A stretch of DNA of 64,000 nt, taken from positions 32,490,001-32,554,000 of the forward strand of contig CM059433.1 in the NCBI GenBank assembly GCA_030390025.1, in the 5' to 3' direction. Under the pieces are notes generated by a model. It searched no databases and was not told where the DNA came from. It worked only from the letters and a program-made list of their open reading frames with translations. The translations under genes were made by a program, and so were the position numbers. This document shows, piece by piece, positions 25,413 to 38,261 of the stretch. Origin of the DNA: Squalus acanthias (Eukaryota). Position 1 is the stretch's first letter. Every line of letters starts with the position of its first letter.

Positions 25413-26002
25413 TGTAAGATGTGCGGAATTACCCCTCACCCCATCCAACAGTTTATAGAGTTCAGATCTGCGGAACAGACACCACAAAACCCAATAAATC
25501 TGTGCAAACCTTTTTTACTTAAAAATCAACAAGAGGTTACAAGTAAGCATCCGATAGTACTGTTGTGTACAACAATTCCCGATTATACTTTAGCATACAC
25601 AGATCTATCCCTTTACTTTAAGCTCAAGAGATAATAAGCAAACCCTACATACGTACTAACACCAACAAGTGGTCAGTTCGGCGATGACTAGACGTACGAC
25701 TTTAATTGGCAACTGACCAGGTTGCCCGACTGCAGCCCTGAGTGTCTTTTAACAGTACCTTTTATACCCCAAAACTTGACAGTCCGCCCATATGCAGACG
25801 TCCCACTGTGTGAATAATGGTCAGCAGCTGTTTTTTTCTCTTCTTCTCATCAACTAGTCAGTTAATCAGTGGACATGAAGGCCAGTTACACCATTTGTCT
25901 GAAGATGTTCCTGTTTTCTTTTCAATGGCTCAATAGTTTGTTCTCACAGAACTCTCAAAGTCTGTTTTGCTTATCTGTGATTAACAGCTTGCAGCCCGCA
26001 CA
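25413..26002 (-). repeat. 5' LTR (~590 bp)
   Basis: TG...CA termini on the minus strand, TATAAAAG at ~25759-25766, ATTAAA at 25701-25706, and adjacency to the PBS. Confidence 0.85.
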
Positions 26003-26175
26003 GTTCACAGTCGCAGCAGTTTATTTTACATTTGTTCAGCAGAAAGCCTCTTGGCTTCTCAAGGAATGCTGGTATATTAAATTTGGTCAACTTTTAAGTT
26101 TGGTCAAGTTACAGCAAATTTTACAGCAAATGACTTATTCTTACATAGGGCATCTGGAATATTCCTTGTCTGCAT

Positions 26176-27916
26176 GGTAAGCTTATAAATATAGAGAGGT
26201 TATTGGGGGAGGCAAAGGGGAATGATCAGCTGGGGCAGAAGACCTTTGTGGATACGACCTACCTCAGTGAAAGAAGGAGCATAGATCATCTATTGAAATT
26301 GAAACAAGTGGATAACTGGCACTTCATGTCTTTCAAAAATGAAAGGATTACAGTTCCAAGATATGCCATGCCTGGAACACAGGAGCAAATCCTTCTATAT
26401 ACCAGAGAGGCAAACCCAAGGAGGACAAAAAGCTTCAGACTTATCCAAGTTAATTTTATAACTTGATAGATTCACATATATGTCAACTGCAAAAGGAGAA
26501 GCATTGCAGCATAGGGATCATCAGGAAGCAACATCTGTCAATTCTTGAATGCGTCATCAGGCTATGAACATTGTAAAATTCGCAATTATCGCGATTCGAA
26601 ATAACGAGATAAAGCAGATTCGTTTCATCAGTTTTATTTCAACGAAATGCTGTCATGATTAAACAGGACACAGAAGCCTGTAAAATGGCCGCCGAGCATC
26701 GTGGCAGAAGCTTCCAGAATACAGTGGGCAGACAAGATGGCGTTCGAATAAACATTTCAGTATAAGATTGGATAATACTCGGCAAACATTGATAAAGACA
26801 GGATGCAACCTGTTTGCATTTGTGACAATAGCAAAGATATAAGTGCTGGAATCATTTTCCATGCACAAGTAAGGACCATTGTACTGGGCAATTGAAGGCC
26901 CATCCAGACACAGCAATACACATATCAGTATTCGAGGAGGCCCCAAAACCAGTCAGGGAGACTCCTAGCCGGTTCGACAATGGGGAAAACATTAACGGGT
27001 AGTTGGCCAGTTTAAGGTGCTACCCAAACCCATTAAAGGAAAGAATCACACCATACTGGGAGTTTTGTGCACCAGTATTACACAAAGGACAAACATCAAG
27101 ATTTGAGCGGGAGATAAGGGAACACAGCACTATAACTATAGTGAACAAATGTCCATCAAAGGCTTATTCTCTTGATTCGACTCTTGACTCGGGCTGAACT
27201 CTTGCTTATTATTCTCTTATCTGGCTGATGACTGCTGAACTCTTATTCGCTTGCCGCTTCATGGACTCGCTTGACTGGTGAGCTTTTGATTGTCTCTCTG
27301 GACTTCTACAACCGTGTCCGAGCACTGTCGAGTTCTTCATGACAACGGGGAGCCCAGCCTGCTTGCCGGAGCAGCGAAAATAAACAAGTGAGGTACAGAG
27401 ACCCCTTCCAACACGTGACAGTCAGGTGTTGCAGCGAAACAAGCCGAGTGCCTCGTTTAAAATTCTCCGAAGTATCACGAGTGGTGAGCATGTTTCCTCG
27501 ATCCTACAAATCTAGATTAGTGTAGGTATTAATAGGGGAGGGTGGTTTTATTAAGGATAAATATAATGTGTTCCCCTTTTTACAATGTGCCGTGCGATCC
27601 TCATTACCCTAGACCAAGTTTTATGAATGTATGTATACTTGTACTGTCATTAATTTGTGCTTATGACATGTACTTCATGATTTTGGACGTTATGCAATAA
27701 AGATTTCCATTTCGTACTATTCAACCGGGTCTATTTGAGTTTTCTCTGCATTACTGCTCTCGCACCTAAGTCCAGTGTTAGAACCGTAAGGGCGAGTGGG
27801 TCGAACCACTCACAGGTGCTTATTGCAACAAGGCTGGCTGGAGACCAGAGCAAGCAAGAAGGGCTAACCCCGCACTAGCACCCAGGCTAAGCACAGAGCC
27901 ACCCGAACCCCTTACA
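26176..27916 (+). mobile_element. Probable long solo LTR of an unrelated LTR element
   Basis: Termini GGTAAG...CTTACA with flanks GCAT/ACAT, a TATA-like TATAACTATA at ~27131 followed by a pyrimidine-rich tract, and AATAAA at ~27697. No coding motif is recognisable. Confidence 0.5.
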
Positions 27917-28964
27917 ACATCATTGCAGTCCAAATAAATTGGACATGTGGTTTTCATGCACATGGCCACAGTACATAGCCTTTGATCTTGCGTTACTTAA
28001 CTATATGCTCATAGCAGCTACGCTTCCCTGTCAAAAGTGGCCTATGTTATTTAGAAGAAACTGCCCTCCCACTTTCAGCAAGATGTAATCCAATTGGAGC
28101 TGGAAAGTTCATATTCAAGTGAATTGTCAACATAATAAACAAGATTAAAAATAAATGTCCCCTTCATAGCATCACACTGGGTTTTGAGAAATAAAAATGC
28201 TATCAAATTGATGAACTTATTTCAAGTATAAGTGTTGCTGCCCAAATTGCCCTCCCACGAATGATCAATGCCAGCTTCGCAGCTGGTTCCTGAACTGGCA
28301 TGTTTGTAAATGAGGTTGACTAAGATGGACCTAACTATCTCAGCACACCAACTGGAAGCAAAACAAACAAATACTCCAATAGACACAGAACAACAAGCAG
28401 ATGGTCATCTATTACTGTGCGTTTATTCAATTAAATAATGCTCAGATGTTTCTTTTTTTATTATTAAATTCAGCAGCTGTTCCACTATAATCTCAACTTC
28501 CAGATAATAGATGATAGGGCTTCCATAACCACTAAAAAGCTGAAACAGAACCCACAGTCGATTTGCTACTCCTCACCCATCTTTGTTCTCTTCCATTTGA
28601 TATCTTGGCAACCAAAATTTGTTTATCTCTCTTCTGATCAATGATCTTTTCAGGTGGGTTGAAGATCTTCATGCAAGGGTTTAGCAAGGTTACAAAATAC
28701 ACACTTTCTACTGCTAACTATCCTTGGTCATCTTGGATTTATTTTTGACATTACGTGCTATGTGACTAGATAAAAATAGAGGTTGTGCATAGACCAAACC
28801 AGGCTATAAATGATATGTTCACTATGATTGTGTTGCATGACACAGAGATTGATTCTAAATGAAAGGAAAATATATCATAGGAGATTGCAGTCAAAATAAA
28901 TTAGAGATGATTTACATGCACATGGACAGCCAGATGTCACGTTGGGGCTGTTACTGAGCTATAT

Positions 28965-29260
28965 ACTACAACTACTACAAGCATTTATATAGCACCTTTA
29001 ACATAGTAAAACGTTACAGAAGTAAACAAACTAGCCACAGAGAAATTAGGACAGGTGACCAAAAGCTTGGTCAAAGAGGTAGGCTTTAAAAAGGAGGAGG
29101 GACGAGAGGTAGAGAGGTGAAGTGTGGATTCCAGAGCTTAGGGCTTAGTTACAAAATGAACTAGAATGGACAAGTCGAGAACTGAAGAAGAGTTTTAAGG
29201 ATCGTCTTGAAGGAGCAGGGAGAGGTAGAGAGGTTTAGGGAGGGAATTCCAGAGCTTCAA
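28965..29260 (-). mobile_element. L2-type LINE 3' fragment
   Basis: GCATTTATATAGCACCTTTAAC tail and AGGTTTAGGGAGGGAATTCCAGAGCTT, reverse-complement matches to 2490-2670. Confidence 0.7.
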
Positions 29261-29764
29261 CATCGTGACTGAATGTTATTTGTCTGTGTACTCTATTGAA
29301 TAGGCAAATTCAGCTAATAAACTGTTAACCATAAATCAACACCATATGGTGTACAAGCCATACTTGTAACAATTAGTATAATTCTACAAAGCATACAACA
29401 GCGGTCATTATGTTGTGGGATCATGATGCAGAGGCCCGCTGATAGGATAAACAGGCATTAAATGTAGCTAGTTCCGAGGGACATAGGATCTGGCTTGTAT
29501 CCATTTGTCAGGGGCAGTCAAAAGGAAGTTTAGTCTTGCTGAACACCACAATAAGTTGTAAAGAACCTACCAAGTACACAACAAACACAGTACCTGTGGC
29601 CCACCAAGAGCTCGAGAGGCAATGGATTGAGCATAGGCCATATTCCAGGTTTGCAGGTCACAACAGACTGCATGAAGGTCCAACTGGTACAAAGGTTTAT
29701 GGTAATGTTAGTTTGGGAAAATTTGGTGCTCCTGAGACTACATTTAACACAGAAGAAAGGGGGT

Positions 29765-29962
29765 GGAGGCACATTCAATCGTGGCTTTCAATAGGGAATT
29801 GGATAAGTACCTGAAGGAAAAAAAAACTTGCAGGACTACGAGGAAAAGGGGGTGGAGGTGCGGGGGTGGGGAGCGGGACTAGCTGAAGTGCTCTTGCAGA
29901 GTCTGCACGGGCTCGACGGGCTGAATGGCCTTCTTTTGTGCTGTAACCATTCTATGATTCTA
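29765..29962 (+). mobile_element. CR1 3' tail fragment
   Basis: Ends GGGCTGAATGGCCTTCTTTTGTGCTGTAACCATTCTATGATTCTA, a typical CR1 terminus. Confidence 0.7.
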
Positions 29963-31082
29963 ACTCATTCAAGGCTCTAATTATTTTCTGTAATTTCTTC
30001 AATATACATTTTGTTTAAAGAAAACTATAGAAAATTCATCTTTTTCACTTACTTGGTAGCATCTATTTCCCATTTAGACAAGATACAAGCAGGTTTTAGT
30101 TATAAAAATGGAGAAAATACGATACAACACGGTAATGACACGGAGGATGGGGTTTCTGTGCATCACCGCACCTACTGATTTTGTGCTTAATTTGTCCCAT
30201 AAAATTCCTATTTTCATATGCTATTCAGCAGCAACCAATTGATCGACAGCAACTGGGGTGGGGGGTGTGGGGAAAGAGAAGAGAGCAGATGAACTGCTCT
30301 GGTCACCGTAACAACATTTAAAGCATGTTCTTTTTGATCATTACACCATAGTAATCAGAACAATTCTCGCCCACACTCCCCCCCACCCCCGGCCCCGCAC
30401 AGTGGTAAAAAGATATTCAAATAATCTCTCCAAAACAGTTAATGGTTGCGCTCAGTGCAAGTGAAAACACCAATTTGAAATGGTGTATATGAAATAATAA
30501 GAATGGATTAATGGTGTGATGAAGACAGTGGAGGAATTTTCTGTGCATTAAATTGGCATTGCATGGGCATTTCTTTCAAAAGAAATTTATAAAAGTAAGC
30601 TATGTTAAAGAAAAAGAATTAGAGTCTCTTCAGAATACCTTTGAACACTGCCATGACAACTGTCATGCTGAATGCTAGAGACATGAAAAAATGTGTAAAT
30701 CGACTACTTTATCTACTTGCTTGTCATTTTGTGCCTGTTATCATCTAGAAAGACAGAAAATCTGGCAATTTCTTTTAAAATACAATGGACGTGTACACTG
30801 GGGAGACATGTATCTCCATTTTGGAGGCGCATAGCTCCCGTCTCAGTGTTGTCTCACTCTGCAATATACTCACACGTGAAGTAACAATTCGCGCCTTCTA
30901 AGACAGTGTTGCACTAAGCATATCTGCCTCTTACAATGACCTCTGCTTTACTAGTTTACAATCAATGCCCATGAGGCTTGTCTGTAGCATTGACACCCTG
31001 CACTGCACTTGGAGGTATTGCTTCACTCACATCTTAGCGTGCATTTACTCCCCGCATCAGTCTGAAAATAGACCCCATTGAA

Positions 31083-32072
31083 TTTTTTTTTAAAATTCGC
31101 TTATGGGATCTGGGCGTCGCTGGCAAGACCAGCATTGATTGCCCATACCTAGTTGCCCTTGAAAAGGTGGTGGTGAGCCGCCTTCTTGAACCTCTGCAGT
31201 CCATGTGTTGAAGGTACTCCCACAGTGCTGTTAGGGAGGGAGTTCCAGGATTTTGACCCAGCGACGATGAAGGATCGGTGTGTGACTTGGAGGGGAACTT
31301 GGAGGTGGTGGTGTTCCCATGCGCCTGCTGCCCTTGTTCTTCTAGGTGGAAGAGGTCATGGGTTTGGGAGGTGCTGCTGAAGAAGCCTTGGCAAGTTGCT
31401 GCAGTGCATCTTGTAGATGGTACACACTGCAGCCACGGTACGCCGGTAGTGGAGGGAGTGAATGTTTAAGGTGGTGGATGGGGTGCCAATCAAGCGGGCT
31501 GCTTTGTCCTGGATGGTGTCGAGCTTCGAATGTTGTTGCAGCTGCACTCATCCAGGCAAGTGGAGAGTATTCCATCACACTCCTTACTTGTGTTTTGTAA
31601 ATGGTGGAAAGGCTTTGGGGAGTCAGGAGATGAGACACTCGCCGCAGAATACCTAGCCTCTGACCTGCTCTTGTTGCCACAGTATTTATGTGGCTGGTCC
31701 AGTTAAGTTTCTGGTCAATGGTAACCCCCAGGATGTTGATGGTGGGGGATTCGGCAATGGTAATGCCGTTGAATGCCAAGGAGAGGTGGTTAGATTCTCG
31801 CTTGTTGGAGATATTCATTGCCTGGCACTTCTATGGCGCAAATGCTACCTGTCACTTATCAGCCCAAGCCTGAACGTCGTCCAGGTCTTGTTGCATGCGG
31901 GCATGGACTGCTTCATTATCTGAGGAGTTGTGAATGGCGCTGAACACTGTACAGTCATCAGTGAACATCCCCATTTCTGACCTTATGTTGGAGGGAAGGT
32001 CATTGATGAAGCAGCTGAAGATGGTTGGGCCTAGGATACTGCCCTTAGGAACTCTGCAGCGATGTCCTGGGG
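31083..32072 (-). mobile_element. Same LINE family as copies A/B, 5'-truncated copy C
   Basis: Colinear with 20850-21840. Encodes GSILGPTIFSCFIND, MFTDD and RSVMEYSPLAW. Confidence 0.92.
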
Positions 32073-32377
32073 TTTGTAATATATATCCTGGGGCTATAAT
32101 TGTTTGTTGCATACATCTGTTATCAGCTCCATTATGGTTTTTTGCCGATATCTGGGTGCTACTTCACCTAACAAAATTCTTACTTTTTGCATTCTTTTTC
32201 ATGAAGGGAGCCTGTAACAGTAGAAAGAGCTGTGACAGTTGGCAGCCTCGCAAACTTACACTCACAATCTTGGGAAAGGAGACCAGAGTGTTGAGATAGA
32301 TGGCATGTGTCACTTGCAGCTTCATGATGAACATTTATCTCTCTTCCTTGACATCCTACCGTTGCAAAAAAAAATAA

Positions 32378-32695
32378 TGACTTGCATTTATGTAGCCCCT
32401 TTCATGACCTCAGAACGTCCCAAAGTGCTTCACAGTCAATGAAGTACTTTTGAAGCATAGTCACTGTTGTAATGTAGGAAACAAGATAGTCAATTTGCGC
32501 ACTGTAAGGTCCCACAAAGAGCAATGTAATAATGACCAGGTAATCTGCTTTAGTGATGTTGGTTGAGGGATAAGCTTTGGCCAGGACACTGGGGAGATCT
32601 CCCCTGTTCTTCTTTGAAATAGTGCCATGGGATCTTTTACATCCACCTGAGAGGGCAGACGGGGCCTCGGTTGAACGTCTCATCCAAGAGATGGC
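32378..32695 (-). mobile_element. DeuSINE-like SINE (SacSINE1-like) with L2-type tail
   Basis: Core CCGAGGCCCCGTCTGCCCTCTCAGGTGGATGTAAAAGATCCCATGGCACTATT on the minus strand. Homologous to 44690-45105. Confidence 0.75.
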
Positions 32696-33969
32696 GGTAA
32701 GCATCAGCAAACCATGTGAAAACCTCAGGCCACTACTTGTACTATAAATTATATGGTTAATCTGCCCAAGAAGTATTATAACCCCACTTCCTCCCCTAGA
32801 TATTGCAGAGTAAAAACACATTACCTAGGACATCTGGTTTTCCTGGTACTTCAGAGCACATGCTATTTTCACCTTTTCCTTTCCTAGTGTAAGCTCAGGG
32901 AGATATGCTCCAAGCTTCATGCTCTCCCAACACTTGAGAGTGAGCTAGAGGGGAGTTTAAGAGGGAGACAAAGAGAGATCTGGGTGACACACAGTGCAAG
33001 AGCTGAGCAGAAGGAGCTGCTGGTTACACAAGTAAGGAACCATTGCCCGAGCATCAGATTGCAGAGGCCCTTGGCCAAAAAGCCTCATGATCATAGATCT
33101 GGCTTTTAAAAGCATGGTGTGTGCACACAAGATCAAGCATTAGTGCAGGCATTAGGATTTGTGCCAAAAAGATTGCTGCAGATAAATGAGTCCATTAGCA
33201 GCAGGCACAAGACATTGGAGGATGACTTCACAACTCTGCAGTTCTTCTTGAAACATGTGGCAGCTCCAGAGACATCTGCAGCTGGGCTTCTGTCATGGCT
33301 TTTAAAGGGCAGTTTTCCATGAATGCTCAGACTCTACCATAGATGCCGAGGGTGCCATACTGGAGAGGGAAGTCCCTTCCAGCTTCCAAATCACTGGAGA
33401 GGAGCATCATATGATGCTTTGCTGATCTCATTGGTACCATGAAGTCTCCTTTCCAACAGATCAGTGGCTATGCTGAGCCAATGACCCAGTACTAGTGGAA
33501 TGGTATGAATGGGCACAGACGATGGTGCCGTCTCAGTACGAGAGCATATGCAAGCCTTCTTACTAGACCCCTGCAAAGCCTACACATTGGGTCCATTCAG
33601 GACCTTGCTGTCATGAGTTGAGGGTCATGCAGGAGGCTCTTATTGCAATACAAGTGCCACTTCGTGCTCTCCTGACACTAGTGTAGCATCTAGGAAAAGC
33701 ACCAAGATTAAAAGCATATACTTCACACATTGCCTAGCTTATGCACATGCTCACGCATACACTTTTCATTAGGAATTTTGATAACACTACAGTGGCTGTG
33801 TCGCAGACATAGTTCTGAGGAAGGTTTGAAAGCTGCTTTCGTTAGGTGGGGTATGAACGAGAGCTTGGTGAATTGCTGCCCAGAGATAAAAGGCTGTAGT
33901 TGATGGCTACTTTGTGGAAAAAAAGTGGTTGGTAGCATTAGGATTCTTAATTAAGTGGCAATAATGTGG

Positions 33970-34240
33970 AGTTGAAGAGAAGCCCTCCTGTATGACAGTG
34001 GCATAAGTATCATCTGGAGGTGGGAACAGGTTACCCTCTGCATCCTCTTCAGGCTGCTCTGCGTGCGCGTATGTGTGTGTGTGTGTGTGCGTGCGTGCGT
34101 GTGTGTTATTGTTGGGGGGGGGGGGCCTTTCCTCCTCAGTGGTTTCCATGATGAGGCCAGTTTGTAAGATAAAGTTGTGCAGTATGCAACTGCAATCTTA
34201 GAGACCTCCCTTTCTGGACTATATTGTAGCACCCTCCCCC
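33970..34240 (-). pseudogene. HARBI1-like transposase C-terminal relic
   Basis: LQYSPEREVSKIAVAYC matches GGALQYSPERVS...CC of H2 and is followed by acidic-tail remnants. Confidence 0.6.
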
Positions 34241-35185
34241 TAAAAAAAAAAATGCCTTCAAAATGACAGTGGTCAGCTCAGTTATCACTCCAACAACTTG
34301 CATTTATATAGCGCCTTTAACGTAGTAAAACATGCCAAGGCACTTTGTATTATAGTTCATGAATGGATATTATACTGGTACTCGCCTCTTGTCCTTTTAG
34401 TCAGACAGCTGACCAGAAGTAATGGGGCAGGCGTGCAGATTCTACACCGCAAGAGTAAACATGCAATTGAGTTTTGCAATGAAGATTTCTCAAATTAAAT
34501 CACATTTGTGGACTTTCATTCTTTTACAGTAAATATTGGGGGAAGTAGATTCAATAGTAACTTTCAATAGGTAATTCGATATATACCTGAAAAGTAAAAA
34601 AAAAAAAGCCAGGTTATGGGGAAGGAGTGGGGAAGTGGGACTAATTGGTAGCTCTATCAAAGAGCTAGCACAAGCCCAATGGGCTGAACGGCCTCCTTCT
34701 GTGTTAGTTTCTGTGGGATGAAGCACGTGGGTTTTATTGCACTTAAATTTCCCCCCCAACCACCCTCCAAATTTCTGGTGTGATTTTATGAACCATTGCA
34801 TAAGAGTACATGGAAAATAATCTACTTTACGATTTACAACCTGCCACTGTAAATGACAAGTTATTATTCTGCATAGCCTTTCATTAACCTGTGTTTCAGA
34901 ATCCGTGACTGGGCAGCAGAAAATATCAAGTCAAGACTATTCTTTAAAAATGTTATGATATAACTGTGGATAGAATTGGAAGATCAATACTGAATTCCAT
35001 TAGGTTGCCTACAAAATCTGCCAGGGCAGTGAAGCACAGAATTATCAGTACCTGCTCAGGAATGGAATCCTGAGCAATTCTTCACTGTTTGAGTGGCAGG
35101 TGAAAAGCTAGTTAGCTATGCCACTAACCATCTTCACTTCAGAGTCAGGTTGTTGTAATCACAACATGCAAGTACATCTGATGTG

Positions 35186-35849
35186 TGAACACTTTCATAA
35201 AATATGTCCCATTGTAATTAAAGTCTCAAACACTACCAGTTTTAATAAGATTTTTAGGACTGTGACTTTCAATGCCTCTAGCCCATGTACCCATTCAGAG
35301 TGAAATGGTTACATGCTTATTGAATGGCATAGTGCCATCCTTCAATTTTGCCTTTCAATTGACATTAATGGTCTCATATATCCAAGGTATTTAGATGGTG
35401 TCTGTGGGTTTTTGACATGTTGTACTTTCTTTGGGTGTTTTCCCTGCTTTCCATGCATCTGTCTCCCAATTTTCCCTACTACCCCATATGCTCATGTCTG
35501 TCCATTTTAGTTCAACTTCTCAATCCTTCTTATTTAACACATTTGGTCTGGGAAGTCCAATGTTGTGGAATTTTATAGGAGAAATTATAGTACCATGTAG
35601 GGTTAAAAGTGTTCTCTCTTATGTACAAGCTGTTAAATATACTGTAGTTGAACTTGTTAAAGGTCACAAGCCCACAAATTGTAATTAGGGATAGTGTTAT
35701 AGAACGTGGACATGGATAATTAATTGGAATCCAACTAATGATATGAAAGTTATCAAATTAGGAACAGGAAGGTGTCCAGTTGAACACTTCAATAAAATAT
35801 GTCCCATTGTAATTAAAGGCTCAAACTGTACCAGTTTTAATAAGATTTT
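35186..35849 (+). repeat. ~68-bp direct repeat pair (35186-35254 and 35781-35849)
   Basis: TGAACACTT..ATAAAATATGTCCCATTGTAATTAAAG.CTCAAAC..TACCAGTTTTAATAAGATTTT is present twice. Confidence 0.9.
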
Positions 35850-36025
35850 GTCGCATCCAAGAGCGCTTGCTCAGACAGAGCTGGGCAAACATTTATAGAT
35901 GGAGTTTTTAAAAAAGAGAAACTTGATCATTGGAAAAAACTATTGCAGAGAACCAAAGCTTCCATACCAATATTATTAGCAAGTAGTTTCCAGATAAATC
36001 TTGGTTAAATTTACTTAGACCCTAT

Positions 36026-36860
36026 GGGCCGGATTTTGCCAATGGGGAGCTTTTGGAGGCGGGACTCCCACTTGTCGAGTTTCAGTCCCGCCTCCATCAA
36101 CTTCTGGCCAACCCACGCTATTTTCCTTTGATTGACCTTGTTAAGCCCACCCAGCGGGCTTAGCAGGCCAATTAAGGGAAAGCCAGTTACAGAGAACGTC
36201 AACGTATGACGTTTCATCTGTCAATAATTTTTGACAGATGAATTGTCATCATTTGACAGCTCTGTGAAGCGGTCAAACACTGACGTTCTCTGTAGTTTGA
36301 TGAGTTCTTGAATACAAGAACTCATCAAACCTCTTTATTTTGCAGAAATTAGATGGTTGCTGCATTAGAGAATGCAACGGCCATCTGTCATCTCTGCTGC
36401 GGAGGTGCGAGACTCTCCGCATCCCCAATTCTTGAAGCCTGCAGGAAGAAACAAAGGTAAGTAAACTTTTTCTATCACTTTCTACTTACCTCACATACTC
36501 ACCTCTCCACACTTGCAGCCATCACTTACCTTCCCAGCGCATTTTTGCACCCCTCCGACCCCCTCCGACCCACTATTCGCCTCGGTGACCCTGGCAGGTT
36601 TCGGAGCCTTCGGGAGGCCCGCACTTGTGTGGGCTAAATAGGGATAATCCTCTTACCTGCCTGTTAACTCCCTGTTAACAGGCAGTTAAGCGGCTGTAAT
36701 CCCTTCCCGCCTTCAAGGAGATGGGACCTGGTGCCGGACTGCTACCCGCCTCCTGGCAAGATGGCACGGAGGCGGGTTGGGCACCCGCCCCCAAATTCTG
36801 CCATTTTCCCGGCAGTCCTGCCTCCATACCCACCTCCCCAGGGCTGGCAAAATCCAGCCC
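36026..36860 (+). mobile_element. Harbinger MITE family A
   Basis: TIRs GGGCCGGATTTTGCC / GGCAAAATCCAGCCC with TAT TSD. Homologous to 58174-59015 and 62879-63718. Confidence 0.9.
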
Positions 36861-36871
36861 TATGACTCTAT

Positions 36872-37593
36872 GGGGGAAAAATTGGGGCGCGCCCCCTTCG
36901 GGGTGCTAACTTCGCCAGGGCACTACTTTTAGCGCCCCCACGCCCAAAATTCACTGGTAGCACCCCAAGAGGGAGGCGGGGTGCTTGGAAGTGCCCCGCC
37001 TCCCTCTTGGGGCACTGCGAGTGAATATCACGGTGCTACGTGCCACGGTACTGCAGGCCTTCCTCCCCTTATTAAACGGGAGGGGTCTAGCGCCGCACGA
37101 CCTGGGGCCCAGCTGGGCCACCAGGGATCCGAGTGCCGGCAAAAGAGCCTGGCACTCAAGAGAAGTGCCGGGCTCACAGAGCGCTGCCGCCACCCCGCGG
37201 GGACGCTGCACAGAAGGCCGGGGACAGCAATGGGGGCAGGTGCTGGCAGGCGGCCAGCAACAAAAATGGCCACCCGCCACCTCCCCTTTCATTTGCACCG
37301 CCCCCACCGCAGGTAGGCCCCCCTGACCCTGTCGGACATAGCGTCTGGCGGTAAGTCAGGGGGCGCTACCGAAGATCGCGGCCGGGGCGCGAGCGGGGTG
37401 CTGCGCACGGTGATGGCGTCATCACCGGCAGCGCAGCGCCACAGGGCGTTAATGGTTACCGCTGCCGCTAACCTCCCACTGAATTTTGCGGGAGGCGTTG
37501 GCAGCGCCGCGCCCAGGCGCTAGTTGCTTTGCGCCCAGTTAGCGTCCTCTTAGGGCGCTAACGGGAGGCGCAAATCAACCGAATTTTTCCCCC
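36872..37593 (+). mobile_element. GC-rich Harbinger MITE family B
   Basis: TIRs GGGGGAAAAATT / AATTTTTCCCCC with flanks TAT/CAT. The right end resembles the H2 terminus. Homologous to 57158-57841. Confidence 0.9.
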
Positions 37594-37774
37594 CATGACT
37601 ATGATCCATTCTAAATTTGAATTAAAATTCTAGTCTTGATAAATGATCGAAAAAAAGCTAAAGCATTTGACCTTAAGTTATAGTCAATCAATCACAAAAC
37701 AGACATTCAGCTAGTAGATACACAGATCAGGTGATTAGTATATTGTATGCTCAATGGAACAAAGACTGTTAGAT

Positions 37775-38175
37775 GTCAGTCTTGGCTCAGTGGTGGCATG
37801 TTTGCACCCGAGGCAGAAAGTTATGGGTTCAAGGCCCACTCCAGGACATCATTGCATCACTGAGGATGTTCTGTATTGTCGGGTGCCATGTTTTGGATGA
37901 GATGTTAAACCATGAACCTGTCTGCCTGCTTAAATGGATATTAAAGATGCCATGACACTATTCAAAGAGATATCCTGGCCATCATTAAGCCTTCAACCAA
38001 AACCATTAGAAAATTCTCTCATCATTCATTACATTGTTCTTAGTAGGATCATTGTGTGCATATTGGCTGCTGGATTTGTCTATAAAACAGTGACTACACT
38101 TCAAAAATAACAATTAATTGTAAAACATTTGGGATGTCCTTAGGACATGAAAGGTATAAAGGCAAGATTTCTTTT
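37775..38175 (+). mobile_element. Degenerate DeuSINE-like SINE
   Basis: tRNA-like head (TTGGCTCAGTGG...GGGTTCAAGGCCC), Deu-like core and L2-like tail. Confidence 0.65.
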
Positions 38176-38261
38176 CTAGATTGCTTTAGGACAAGTGTGA
38201 ATCATCAAGTTGCTTGGAAAAGAGACCATATGATAAATAAGCAGAAGTCAACTAATAAGAT

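Larger units (their letters stand above)
18174..26002 (-). mobile_element. Degraded endogenous retrovirus-like LTR element (lokiretrovirus-like env; no recognisable pol)
   Basis: Direct repeats at 18174-18462 and 25712-26002, a tRNA-Lys PBS next to the 5' LTR, a coiled-coil ORF after the PBS and an env-like reading frame before the 3' LTR. A LINE at 20839-23330 interrupts it. Confidence 0.85.

Noticed and set aside
28620..28690. Acceptor-like CTTTTTCAG followed by a short open frame
   Set aside because: No convincing donor or protein similarity.
36951..37354. Multiple overlapping ORFs here and at 57192-57772
   Set aside because: These are by-products of GC-rich MITE sequence with few stop codons and no domain motifs.
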